DNA of 64,000 nt, from IMG/VR virus record IMGVR_UViG_3300028581_000020, positions 40,528 to 104,527 of that record, one strand, 5' to 3'. This stretch comes from a virus. Made by a program: the position numbers and the translations under genes. A model generated the notes under the pieces. The model was given only the letters and a program-made list of their open reading frames with translations. It was not told where the DNA came from and searched no databases. This document shows, in pieces, positions 18,894-29,500 of the stretch (within the stretch, counting starts at the first letter, position 1; every line of letters starts with the position of its first letter).

Positions 18894-20443
18894 TATACCG
18901 CCGTCGTGATCGCTCTAAATTTCATTGTTAATGCTGAGAATCCCGAATAGTTAGCCGAGGTATACTGAATTTGTCCGGCGTCCGTAATAGTAAAAACGAC
19001 AGAAGAGGCGTCGCCCACGGAAGTAATCCCCAATACCCAATCGGCCCCTCTTTGAATACCATTCAGTCTAAATTGCTCGAATAAATCACTAGTAGCATCC
19101 ACAGAAACACTCACCAAAGCTTCAAAACTACGAACAGACGCATTTGAAAACGCAAGACCAGTAACGTTTGCTGGTGAAGATTGGTTGTTTGCTCCAGAAA
19201 ATGAGGTTTGGTTAATATCGCCAGTTGAGGCGGTCGGAACTGAAGCCCACGAAAGAGTTCCCGACCCATTAGTTGATAATACCTGACCAGTTGTTCCACT
19301 ACTATCAGGGAAAAGAAGGGTCCTATTTGCTGTCAGTGTTTGTGGAATTGAAAAATCGTAACTAAAACCTGATCCGTCTGCGTCTCTCATTGAGAGTGTA
19401 TTGGCGGTTTGGTTCATTTTGAGTGTGGCGGAAAGTCTTGTTCCAGAAAGCCCAGAACCGGAAGCTCCACCAGTTGGGGAAACGTATAGGTTAATAGCAC
19501 TTCCGTTTGATCCACGACCAGAAGAGGCCGTAATATTGATATTACCGCCGTTAAGATCTGATCCGGTTCCAGCAGCACTGGAAGAAATAGATATTGCGCG
19601 ACCAGGAACTCCAGCACTGGGAGTCGTCACCGAAATTGCGGGACTTGTATTGTCAAAATTAAGGTTTGTGTTGATAGCTACAGACGCTAAATTAGATAGC
19701 GCAGTATTTGCTCCAGAGCCAGAAGGCGTTGTCCAAGTGCCATCAGCACGTAAGAAATTAGACGTTCCACCACCAGATGCGGGAGCAAGACCCTTTAAGG
19801 AAGTGGTAAAGTTATCTAGGAGTGCAGTTACCTGTGTTCCGGTAAGGTCTGATGGGGACGTTGAGCCGCCTGTAGCGTTACCTTTAATAGTGGTGGCCGC
19901 CATGTTTGCAAGTTTTGCGTTAGAAACTGCGTTATTTGCAATAGTTGCTGCAGCAGATCCCGGACCAGAGGCGGTTACATCGCCAGTAAGGTCGGTAATA
20001 TAATTACCAGTGGACTGCTTGCCGTTTAATTGTGTTTGAATATCAGAAGTTACTCCTGATAGGTATTGAAATTCTGAGCTTGTTACAGAACCATCTGCGA
20101 TTTTAGTTGCATCAATTCCAGAAGAAAGAGTTGTTGCCCCGGTATTACTAATGGTAACAGCTCCGGACATGGAAACCGCTGTGGCTAAATTTGAAGAATT
20201 ACCAACAAAAATTTGGCCGTCTGTCAAAGAATATCCGCTGTCGGTGTTTACCCAAGCGCTACCATTCCATACCCAAATTCGACCAGTATCAATGGCAACG
20301 CGAGCATCACCAGTAGTATTTCCAGAGGAAGGCAAAGCCGCCTGATTAGCGACAGCAGATTGCCAGGTGATTGCGCCACCACCTCCACCACCACCTACGA
20401 GGTCGAACTGGCCTGTTAGGCAATTGTATCGGTAACCGGCCAT
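18893..20443 (-). CDS. tail fibre-like protein
   Basis: S/T/G-rich; LTGDVT, FLRADGTW, GQVLSTNGSGTLSW fibre motifs. Confidence 0.75.
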   Translation of the reverse strand: MAGYRYNCLTGQFDLVGGGGGGGAITWQSAVANQAALPSSGNTTGDARVAIDTGRIWVWNGSAWVNTDSGYSLTDGQIFVGNSSNLATAVSMSGAVTISNTGATTLSSGIDATKIADGSVTSSEFQYLSGVTSDIQTQLNGKQSTGNYITDLTGDVTASGPGSAAATIANNAVSNAKLANMAATTIKGNATGGSTSPSDLTGTQVTALLDNFTTSLKGLAPASGGGTSNFLRADGTWTTPSGSGANTALSNLASVAINTNLNFDNTSPAISVTTPSAGVPGRAISISSSAAGTGSDLNGGNINITASSGRGSNGSAINLYVSPTGGASGSGLSGTRLSATLKMNQTANTLSMRDADGSGFSYDFSIPQTLTANRTLLFPDSSGTTGQVLSTNGSGTLSWASVPTASTGDINQTSFSGANNQSSPANVTGLAFSNASVRSFEALVSVSVDATSDLFEQFRLNGIQRGADWVLGITSVGDASSVVFTITDAGQIQYTSANYSGFSALTMKFRAITTAV

Positions 20444-20444
20444 T

Positions 20445-21080
20445 TTATTTCTTCCTCATTGCTTTATGGGCATAATTATCGGTCTGTTTATGACAAACAT
20501 GACATAACGTTCTACAGTTCGAAGCCTCAAAACGAAGTTCTGGGTAATTGCACCACTCTTTAATGTGGTCCATTTCTAACGATTTTCCTTTTTTGCTACA
20601 TATTTGGCAAGAATAATTGTCACGTTTAAGAACTAGAATTCGTAACTCTCGGTATTCAATACTAGAACGAAGTCTTTGTGATTCAGAGGTTTTTCCGCCA
20701 TCCCAACGATTTGAAAGCGGTCCTCGTTTACCTAATTTAGCGGCTCTCTGTTTTTGTCTTCCGGCTTCGGTGCTTAATGACTCAGGATTAAATAGCGCAC
20801 GATATAATACTGGCTTATTCGATCTTTTACTTCCCCTTCGTGTTTCTGAAGCTTTTCTTTTAGCTTCGGGACAAGAATGGCCAATCTTAAGACCCTCTAA
20901 GTTGAAATTAATTTCCCCGGCAGCAATCTGACACTTCTTACACTTATCCTTAGTGTTTCCCTTTTCAATATTCCATTTTTGAGCATAAGAAACAATTCTT
21001 TCATGCTGACAATCTGGGCAAACGCAAATCCATTTGGTTTCACGCCGCGTAACGTCGGGATTGATTGGAACTAGCATCAT
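20445..21080 (-). CDS. HNH homing endonuclease (NUMOD3-like plus HNH)
   Basis: RWDGG, RDNYSCQIC, MDHIK, NCRTLCHVCH; free-standing among structural genes. Confidence 0.85.
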   Translation of the reverse strand: MMLVPINPDVTRRETKWICVCPDCQHERIVSYAQKWNIEKGNTKDKCKKCQIAAGEINFNLEGLKIGHSCPEAKRKASETRRGSKRSNKPVLYRALFNPESLSTEAGRQKQRAAKLGKRGPLSNRWDGGKTSESQRLRSSIEYRELRILVLKRDNYSCQICSKKGKSLEMDHIKEWCNYPELRFEASNCRTLCHVCHKQTDNYAHKAMRKK

Positions 21081-21084
21081 ATAA

Positions 21085-21354
21085 TTAACTAATCCGTTCG
21101 GCTGAAACTAAAACGTCACGATTTCCATTCGTATAAATAATTCTGAGCGAGTACAGAGCAATTCCGTTCTCAGAAAATGCATAGGTTTCTGTGTCATTAG
21201 AAACCGTTGTGGTGCTAATGGTCATCTCAACTTTATTACCAATAAGACCAACAAGAAACCCATTGGTAGAGATTGTCTTATCTACGTCATTAAATACAGA
21301 ACGAATAGCTTGTGCCATGTCTTTATCGGACATTGGCTTTGTGGTGTTTGCCAT
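21085..21354 (-). CDS. hypothetical (possible structural) protein
   Basis: 89 aa; TAATG coupling with the upstream gene. Confidence 0.65.
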   Translation of the reverse strand: MANTTKPMSDKDMAQAIRSVFNDVDKTISTNGFLVGLIGNKVEMTISTTTVSNDTETYAFSENGIALYSLRIIYTNGNRDVLVSAERIS

Positions 21355-21557
21355 TAGTCACCCTTCATGTGTTTTTTAATCTTGGACCATTTACCTTTAG
21401 ACTCGGGAAGCTTTTTATAGGCTTTCTTCCCTTTATTATCGGATGTGAATTCTTTGGCCTTTTCTGGCGAAAGACTTTTAGGAGCGTCAAACATATTCTC
21501 TTTATTATTTTGGACAGCTTTCATAAAGCGAAATTGACGTTTTGAGACGCTAGGCAT
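21354..21557 (-). CDS. small basic hypothetical protein
   Basis: MPSVSKRQFRFMKAV-type small phage protein; begins 2 nt after the fibre stop codon. Confidence 0.65.
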   Translation of the reverse strand: MPSVSKRQFRFMKAVQNNKENMFDAPKSLSPEKAKEFTSDNKGKKAYKKLPESKGKWSKIKKHMKGD

Positions 21558-21559
21558 AA

Positions 21560-22880
21560 TTAGTTTCCGACCCTCTCGACGTTGAAATAAGTATTTGCAG
21601 TAGTTCCCGAAATTGTGAGTGTGCTTGCCGAGTTGTTTCCAAGGCCGTATAGGAAGATTTCAACGTAATCCCCAGCATTCAACTGAAGCGTCGTGCTTCC
21701 ATTGAACGCGTTGATTGTCGTTGCGGCAGATGTTCTGTACCCAAACAGACGAGCGGACGCTCCGTTTTTGTAGAGGTAAAGCCCGTAATCAGATGCGAGC
21801 ACGTTAGCTGAGGCGAGCAGGACTGCGGAGCTTATGCGGTACTTACCCGATACGGGTGCAGTGAATCTGCTGTTTGCTGAGCTAAATGATCCGGTCGTGT
21901 CAAACACTGCGGAAGAAAAAGCTACCTTAACGAAACTATTATTCGTCGCGATCCCTGTTTGGTTAGACCCTCCAAGTGTTGCATCCATCGCGACTGTTTC
22001 ACTCGCCGCGATCTGCGACGGGCCGGAGATACGCGAGATTGAGAAGTAGTTGTCAACAACACTACCTCCGACATTCAATGCTCCACCTGAGTTTTGGAAA
22101 ACTTGAATCCCTACCGTGTCCCCTGCATTGAACAAATATTCTGTTGCACCATTCAAAAACGTACCTGCAGAAGCCGTAGGGTCGAATATGTATGCCAGTG
22201 TGCGGATATTGCTTCCGTTTACACGCAGACGAACCTCACGACCGTTCGTCGAGCTTGCGGCAAAACTTACTTGAGTCGTAATCCTATACCAGCCGGGGAC
22301 TGGAATCGTGTAGAGACTTGTACCGGTATTCCAAGCCCCGTGCGTGTCGCTGATTGCGGCATCGAACGCTACGAGTGTTCCGGTGCTGTCTGGAATTGAC
22401 TGAGTGGCTGCGCGGCCTGTAGTCATTGCCACGACGCGAGTGTCCGTCTCAGACGACATCTGCACTTGAGACGACCATCCGGTGATGGGGACGAGGAAAG
22501 ATCCGCCAAAAACCGTGTTGTTGGCCCAAGCCGTCCCTAACGTGCCATTGAAATAATTATCTGCCTGTTGGCTAATGATTGCGACCGTTGTTGGAGAACC
22601 TGTGGCTACGAGAATATTGCCTGACCATGGGGTTTTAGATGCGGTAAGCGCCCCCACAACAGAGTTGTTTACGGCTCTAGTTATGTCCATAGAAAGGCCG
22701 CTTGGCAGCGAAATAGAAACTGGTGATCCAGAATTTGTTCCAGAAGTAACTGTAAACATGACTTCAAGAGAATCACCTACGCGCCGATACTTGGCGATAG
22801 ATGCAGAAACAGTTCCTAGGCCAACGTATGTCGGAGTGTAGCTCTGCCAGTCCGTGACTGGCGTTCCCTGCGTGATGATC
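21560..22880. repeat. direct repeat copy 1 (shared fibre C-terminal module)
   Basis: Ungapped match to 59822-61142 at offset 38,262; identical over 21560-21599, 21605-21769 and 22431-22822; mostly synonymous differences elsewhere. Confidence 0.97.
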
Positions 22881-23500
22881 TGCGGAGAGACGCGGACGTC
22901 GGATAGCGCCATCGTGTAGGCGGATGCCGACGTGCTGCCAACGTGGATACAGAGGCGGTAGCTGGTCGAGTTAGAGGCTGCCTGGAAAGTGCCTCTCCAA
23001 CTTTGTTGAACAGTGGTGCTTTCAATCGAAGAAGGGGCCGGTTGAATCAAAATCGAGTTGGTAACATCGTAGATCCAGACCGAAAGATCGCTCGTGGCGT
23101 AAGTCCCGCTGACTACCTCGTAGGGGAACGTAATTTGCAGGACTTTACCTTTGTCGGAATTATCAATCGTGAATGCATTCGAGACCCCGTTGCCTTGCCG
23201 GTTGTTTGCATCCTTGACGAGGTTGAAGTCAGCTCCCGGACGAAGCGGCGTTGTGGTCGAGCGCGAGATCGCAAACGTAGGGCTACCGCCCGTGCAATCG
23301 ACCGGAGAGCTGGCTGCCGAATCAGCATACCCCGCCCATCCGAGAGTATCTTTTCTAGCGTAGGCGTTTTTTATGTAGTTGCGGGAAGAGCTTGATCCGC
23401 TGTCGAGGAAATCTGCATCTAAAAACCTAGGGGTTTGCGCAAACGTAGTGCTCGCCCCAAGGGCTGCCGCTGCCAGTAAGAGGCGTTTGAAAAATTTCAT
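21560..23500 (-). CDS. fibre / receptor-binding protein with signal peptide and tandem C1q-like domains
   Basis: Leader MKFFKRLLLAAAALGASTTFA-Q; C1q-like motifs YTIPVPGWY and FTAPVSGKY...LNAGDYVEI; AAGGAG RBS. Confidence 0.8.
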   Translation of the reverse strand: MKFFKRLLLAAAALGASTTFAQTPRFLDADFLDSGSSSSRNYIKNAYARKDTLGWAGYADSAASSPVDCTGGSPTFAISRSTTTPLRPGADFNLVKDANNRQGNGVSNAFTIDNSDKGKVLQITFPYEVVSGTYATSDLSVWIYDVTNSILIQPAPSSIESTTVQQSWRGTFQAASNSTSYRLCIHVGSTSASAYTMALSDVRVSPQIITQGTPVTDWQSYTPTYVGLGTVSASIAKYRRVGDSLEVMFTVTSGTNSGSPVSISLPSGLSMDITRAVNNSVVGALTASKTPWSGNILVATGSPTTVAIISQQADNYFNGTLGTAWANNTVFGGSFLVPITGWSSQVQMSSETDTRVVAMTTGRAATQSIPDSTGTLVAFDAAISDTHGAWNTGTSLYTIPVPGWYRITTQVSFAASSTNGREVRLRVNGSNIRTLAYIFDPTASAGTFLNGATEYLFNAGDTVGIQVFQNSGGALNVGGSVVDNYFSISRISGPSQIAASETVAMDATLGGSNQTGIATNNSFVKVAFSSAVFDTTGSFSSANSRFTAPVSGKYRISSAVLLASANVLASDYGLYLYKNGASARLFGYRTSAATTINAFNGSTTLQLNAGDYVEIFLYGLGNNSASTLTISGTTANTYFNVERVGN

Positions 23501-23509
23501 ATCTCTCCT

Positions 23510-26500
23510 TTAGATTCCGTTACGAGCAATTTCGACAACTGCGGCAAGACCCGCATCCCAACGAAGACGAATGATGGAGCCCGCTTGCCCGCGCCAATCC
23601 CCCTGCAGGAGGACGGTCGAGGATGCGGCTAGGTCACAGTAGTTTGCGTTCGAGGTCCCGAGGATTTCAATCTCAGCTCCGTCAACCATACTCGAGGTCG
23701 TGATCGTGAACGTCTGAGCCGAGCCCCCCGTGTACCTAAAGCGCTGTGCCGGAGAATTCGTGGGCGTAATCGAGGAGCCGGTGAAGTTCGACTGATCGGG
23801 CGTCTTTGCTCCGCCGGTAGATAGCACCACATCCCAGCGCGTATCCGTCGTGTTGTAGACGAGCAGTGCGCCCTCGTTGAGCTTCAGCACGAGGTCCCGT
23901 GCCTGCGGGCAACGGATACGGTTTGCGGAAGTAGATCCCGCCCCCTGATGGCTGATCGTCACATCTGCGGTAGCGGACGTGTTCACAACCCATAGCATTC
24001 GCGGCGAACCGCCCCCTGAAATCCCACCAACTGTGCGTGCAGTGGCGGGAGCCAGACGGAACACGGTGATTCCCGTTGAGGTTACGTCATCGGTTGTGCC
24101 GGTCGCGGTCGAGTCGTCTACGTCGATAGCGAGGGTGCCGTCTAAGTGCAGTGTCTCAGCCGGGGATGCTTTGTTGACGCCCATCCGCGAGGTCGCAGTC
24201 AGTGTAAGCATTTCGACCGGAGTCGTTGATGCGTCGGGCTTCACGAAGAATCCGAGATCGGCGCCCTTACCGTTGGTTGTGCCGACTCCGCGCAGGATGG
24301 CGCGGATGTAGCCTACCAGGCGAGTACTGGCCGAAGGGGAAGTGCCGTTGTTAAGCGAGAAGAATTGCAGAATTCCTGCGATGTCGCTTGCTGCCGGGCT
24401 TGCGCGGTTGTTGCCGAGTGCTAGTGCGCCGTAGGAGTTCGCACCTGTCGCGTCGCCCATCACGTTCACGCGGCCTTCGGTCGTAACCGCGGTGCCGATC
24501 GGATCATCGCTCGTCGGAGTGCTCCCGAGAGTTAGCCGGAAGTTTTTATACCAGCGGGCAATCTCGATGTTGTTCACCCGGAACGGGATTTTGAAATCAT
24601 CGATCGTACCGAAGAACTTCTCAGCCAGCACCGTGTTGCCATCGAGCGTCCAACCGGATCCGCCGCCAGAGCCAGAGCCAGATCCGCCCACCACCTGCCA
24701 GCGGCTTGATGCGGTCTCGTAGTAAAGAATGACGGCGGCACCGTCGGCCATTGCTATGGCCGCGCCCGTTCCCGTGCGGATACGGTTTGCAGCGGTGCCG
24801 CCCGTGTCGTCGTTGAGGTTGACGGATGCGCCCGTGCGGTTGATGAGAACCAGGAACGTGGCATTTGGCGGCGCCGGAATCATGTCGATCGAAGTCAGCG
24901 ACCCGTCGGTAACAAGCAAGCTCGTCTTGGTCGGAGTCGCAAGCGTGGCGTTTGCGCCGGTCGCGGCTGCGTCCGTCTGCTCAGATCCCTGAAGCGTTGC
25001 CAAGGCGCGCAGGGCTGCAACAAAGCTCTTAGCTCCGCCGAAACTCTGTGCCGCGGTGCTGACCGATCCGGGGTTGGTTGCGTCTGCCGGCTGAATCGTA
25101 AGGGTGTCTGCCACAAGCGTCGCGCCAGACGTGCCTGGAGTAGACCCAAAAGTCGCAAGCGAGAGGGAGCTTCCGCCAGCACCTTGGAAACTGCGCCAAG
25201 TGCCGCTCGTCATACAGAAGAAAAAGACTTTGGAGCCACTGGCCAGCGCAAAGGCAGCGTCGGCGGCACCCGCGTCGATCGCCTCGCCCGAGGCCGGGAA
25301 CACGTCGCAAGAGGCAGCGCCCGAGTTCTGCACGTAAAGCTGCATGCCCGCGACTGCCGCGGGGAGCTTGACTGAATCGTTTGCGGTGGCGCACACGCTC
25401 ACGCGGTTTTGCTGTTTAGCAAGCTGGGTTGCGGAAGCCTGTCCGCCGCCCGCAAACGCGGTGATTGTGTCGGCAGCCGAGAACATCACGTAGGCTTGCG
25501 CAATGATGTTGTTTGCGAACGTCTTCACACCCGCGATCGTTTGCGCGATGGCGGTGAGTAACCCCGGCTGGGATCCGTCTGCCGGCTGCAGGGTGAGGAC
25601 TTGGCCTGAGAGCGAGGCGCCGTTTGCAGAGGGGGAGCTGCCGACGGCTGCAAGCGACACATCGCCTGAGTTCGTTCCCGCGATGTCAGCGTCACTAGAG
25701 AAAGTCAGCGAACGCGCGGCGTTTTTGAGATCGATCGTGAGGTCACGATCGGCGTCCTGCGTGACGCTACTCGTGAAAATGAAGCGCGAGAACCAAGACG
25801 TGGACGTTTCTTTGATCGAAACACCCGTCACGAATTTCTTCAAGCCCGCAATCAACTGCGTGAGAGTTGAGACGCCGCCGGGGTTGGTTGCATCTGCCGG
25901 CTCCATGTTTAGCACAGCACCAGAGAGCGTAAGGCCGTTTGCGTTCGGGGCCGTGCCAAATCCTTGCAGGGTGACGGTCGCGGGACCGGCAGGACCAACG
26001 GCGCCGGCAGGACCCGGGGGGCCTGCGATACCCAAGTACTCGGACGGATCACGCGCCTGCACGCCGGTACCGTCATCTGAGATTGAGAGAACTTTACCGG
26101 CGTTGATTGCGAGGTCGGGGAAAGCCTTATCCCGATCAGGCGAGGTGGAACCAAAAAGTAGCGCCCGCCGCATGCGGCCGACCACTTCCTGTACTTGCTG
26201 CACGATACGATCAAGCGTGCGCTCGTTCGTCTCAGGCGGGAAGATCCCCGTCGAAATGTAATCCGTTTCCTGTGTGACGGGCGTCACTCGACGAACGAGT
26301 ACGCGCTGCGTGGCGGTCGGAGTCGAAACTGTGACTACCGCACTACCAGGGTCGCCGCCCGAGATTGAATACTGCCCGGGAGCTGTGAGCGTTGTCTCGG
26401 TGACTGCTGTCGGCACCGTGTAGTCGCGTAGGATGACTTGCACCTGCGAGTTGGCAGTGAACGCAAAGGGGATTGCGAATGAAGTCGTAACTCCGTCGCC

Positions 26501-26539
26501 CTGATAAATCTGCTCGGTCGTCGTGTTAGAGATCGTCAT
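23510..26539 (-). CDS. tail fibre protein (T7 gp17-like N-terminal anchor)
   Basis: YQGDGVTTSFAIPF...RRVTP...ERTLDRIVQQVQE anchor; short collagen stretch; three ~47-aa repeats. Confidence 0.9.
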   Translation of the reverse strand: MTISNTTTEQIYQGDGVTTSFAIPFAFTANSQVQVILRDYTVPTAVTETTLTAPGQYSISGGDPGSAVVTVSTPTATQRVLVRRVTPVTQETDYISTGIFPPETNERTLDRIVQQVQEVVGRMRRALLFGSTSPDRDKAFPDLAINAGKVLSISDDGTGVQARDPSEYLGIAGPPGPAGAVGPAGPATVTLQGFGTAPNANGLTLSGAVLNMEPADATNPGGVSTLTQLIAGLKKFVTGVSIKETSTSWFSRFIFTSSVTQDADRDLTIDLKNAARSLTFSSDADIAGTNSGDVSLAAVGSSPSANGASLSGQVLTLQPADGSQPGLLTAIAQTIAGVKTFANNIIAQAYVMFSAADTITAFAGGGQASATQLAKQQNRVSVCATANDSVKLPAAVAGMQLYVQNSGAASCDVFPASGEAIDAGAADAAFALASGSKVFFFCMTSGTWRSFQGAGGSSLSLATFGSTPGTSGATLVADTLTIQPADATNPGSVSTAAQSFGGAKSFVAALRALATLQGSEQTDAAATGANATLATPTKTSLLVTDGSLTSIDMIPAPPNATFLVLINRTGASVNLNDDTGGTAANRIRTGTGAAIAMADGAAVILYYETASSRWQVVGGSGSGSGGGSGWTLDGNTVLAEKFFGTIDDFKIPFRVNNIEIARWYKNFRLTLGSTPTSDDPIGTAVTTEGRVNVMGDATGANSYGALALGNNRASPAASDIAGILQFFSLNNGTSPSASTRLVGYIRAILRGVGTTNGKGADLGFFVKPDASTTPVEMLTLTATSRMGVNKASPAETLHLDGTLAIDVDDSTATGTTDDVTSTGITVFRLAPATARTVGGISGGGSPRMLWVVNTSATADVTISHQGAGSTSANRIRCPQARDLVLKLNEGALLVYNTTDTRWDVVLSTGGAKTPDQSNFTGSSITPTNSPAQRFRYTGGSAQTFTITTSSMVDGAEIEILGTSNANYCDLAASSTVLLQGDWRGQAGSIIRLRWDAGLAAVVEIARNGI

Positions 26540-29500
26540 AGCGTAGGCTCCCCTTTTCGTTTCGCCCGTTGCTGGGTTTTAAGCATAGTTGATTCTTCGT
26601 CTTTTGAAATACCCATGATGGACCGAATTTGTGCACGCGCGTTTTCAACCACGTCACGGTCCACCGTTTGCCCAAGCGCGGTCGAGCGCGCAACTTGAGC
26701 ACCCAAGAATTGTTCCCGGATATCCGGGAATTCCAGGAGTAGTTGTTGTTTTGCAGCGGCGCGGTACATGCCCACCATTTCTGCAATGACGGTGCGTTTG
26801 TTTTCGTCGGTACGGTAGGCCTCCGGGATGCCGGGCTTCCCATCCAATTGCCGAGCGTAGTCGGATTTAATGAGCGCCCCAAGCATGTCCTTAAGGTTTG
26901 GAACCTTTTGGTCCCGTTCCTTAGGTGCTTTTTTGATCTCATCGATCGAGCCAAGGCCGTGCCCCGCCGCAAGCTCTACAAATCGATTGTACTGCTCACT
27001 GGTTAGGTTCACGGGGAAGCTGTCTTTGCCGTCCACGTAGGCGAACGAGATATTGCGGGGAGGCATGTCCACCATGAGGTGGCTCTGCCCGGCAAGGGGC
27101 TTCGGCTTGACGAGCGGACCCGATACTCCCAGGCGAACAAGCTCTTCCCGGATGGGATCGTCTTTTGCAGGGGAGTACTTGAACGGGTTCACCAGGGCGA
27201 TCGCGGAGAGGATCGCAGGGCCCGTTCCCTGCGGGTGTACAACCTCTTCACCGAAGAGGTTTAGCTGCGGCATGCCCACACCAAACGAAGCTTTCAGGGG
27301 CTTCACCACTGACTCCCAAGCGCCGTCCTGTGCCCCAAGCTTTGTGTCGATTTTCTTATCCCCAAAAGCTCTGTTTACTTGCTTGAACAGGTTGGGCGTA
27401 AGCGACGAGGCGAAGTTATCTGCCAGTTTTTTCCAAGCTGACGTGGGCGCACCGTCCCGAAGCAACTCGAGCACTTTTCCGAAATCGTCGGTGAGTACGT
27501 CGGGAACTGCCGCGGAGGCAATGTGCGCGGCCCCCGCAAGTGTGAGGTCTTCAAACCCCTGCATGTCCCCATCCGGGCTATCCCAGTAGGCTGCGAGCTC
27601 ATGTAGATCGGCGGCAATACCGAGCAGGGTCCCTACGCCTCCCAAGGCTTGGTAAGAGAAATACCCGTCCCCAACCTTGATAGAGTTAGGTTGCCAGCCA
27701 GTGTCCTCGAGCGCTTTGCGCGCCTGCCAGTTTGTGGGACCGGCGCCCGTGATGACGCCCTCAACGGCGAGTAGCCCACCAAGCCCCAGCATCGACGTGC
27801 CTACTGCTACCTTACCGAGCGCTACGTCCCGAGCGGTACCGCCGGAAGCCATCGCTTCCTTGAATCCGGGGGTGAGCATCGCAAGGCCAGGGAATCGCTG
27901 CAACACTTGATCCGTTTGGTTGATGTTGATTTTGGTAAACGGAACCAGCATGCGGAACATCGGGTTCTGCGAGATTCCGTCGTATAATTTTGTGAATATC
28001 TCCGGGGTGTAGTTCAGCGTGCGCTGCCCCGCCTCACGCGCGGCCATCATGTTGATGTGTGCCGGCGGGAACTGCGTCATCTCCTTCACCATTTTTGTGT
28101 AGGCATCGCCCGTAAGGCCCGCTGCCCGGGCGGTGCGAACGGCAAGAGCGTTGGTTTGCATGCGATAGATCGTAGCCTTAGATGCTACGTCGGCGGCGTT
28201 CAGCGCACGCCCAGGAATACGAATTCCAGAGCCGATGAAATCCATCGCGTCGGCCCAGACGCCATGCAGCCCGTTGGCGGCGCCAGTCAAAGTAGAGGGA
28301 CGCTCAAGCGCCATCAGCTTCGAGCCGCCCGCAGTTAGAAGGGGATCGCTCGTGCGCCACGCCTTGAAGTAAGCAATCCAACCTTCCTTGAGGCCCTGCC
28401 CAAGCGACAGCACCGTAGCGTTAGACTCGGCGAGTGAAACGGCCTCACTTTGCACCTTGTTTGCAAACGCCGTGTAGGTTGCGTCAATCTCTTCCGCTGG
28501 CATCCCACCGAAGAAAGACGAAAGTTCATCCACACTAAGACGTGTGGCAGGGTTACCTTTGCCGCCTACGATTGAGCGCATTTTCTGGACAGCCCAAGCC
28601 GCGTACTTCTCGGGGATTAATCCAATGGTGTTCACCAGGTTGTTGGCGACGTTTACGGTCTGCGTGAGCGGCCCGGAAAGTAAGCTCATAACCCGCAGCT
28701 CTTCGCCCATCGCTGCGAGGTGCCCAAGTCTCGAGCGATTACTCATCCAGGAGAAGTGCTTCACCTTCTCTGCGGGGGACATCCTAGACATCATGTCCAC
28801 GATTGTTGCCGCTTGCTTCTGAATCTGCTCCTTACCGCCAGCGACGGTAAGCACGTCCTTTGCAGCGAACATCTCTGCAACGGGGAACGCAGTCACATTC
28901 GACAAGTCCGCCGCACGCGTGGCAAGACCGGCTTCCTTTGTCCCGGCTTTAAACAACGCCATGGAATCAAGCGTGAGCATCTTCGATCTCTCGAAAGCAG
29001 CAATTACCTCATCGCTCGCATTCGGAGCAGCGGCAGCTATCGCTTTCTCAACACTGTCCTGCACGGCGTTAACAAAGAAAATTCCAGCACCTTTTACCTC
29101 AACGGCATTCCACCCTTGGCCAGGCACCTTAGTAGTAAGCCGGCTAACATCTTCGCCGAGGAGCTTGAACGCATCAGCAAGTACCGACTCATCGCTAACA
29201 ACTCCGCGAGCAATCGTCTCAAAGCCTTCCTTGTTCGCGGCTACAATATTTGAAACCACGCGGCGGAAGTCATCGACAGACCCCATCGTGGGCACGTTAT
29301 CTAGATTGAACCGCTTCGTGGCCTCGGTCGCCGGAGCCTGCAATTCTTCTAGGCTGAGCATACGCAAGTTCTGCGCTTGGCGCATTACCGTGGGCTGCTC
29401 AACTACCCGGGCTGCGTCGAGAACACCACGCCCTTCGGCCACTGCAGCGGAAACCGCAGATGCGTCTGCCGTGATTGTCTCCCCGCCCGAGTTTACAAGG

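Larger units (their letters stand above)
1..21559. mobile_element. Phage A, left segment (AT-rich podovirus-like phage)
   Basis: Dense, translationally coupled phage-type genes: HNH nucleases, ejection proteins, nozzle, fibres; AT-rich composition. Confidence 0.85.

Noticed and set aside
21560-22880. Diversity-generating retroelement (TR/VR pair), tempting because the head genes are BPP-1-like
   Set aside because: No reverse transcriptase in the window; both copies are long coding regions; differences are mostly synonymous and not adenine-specific.
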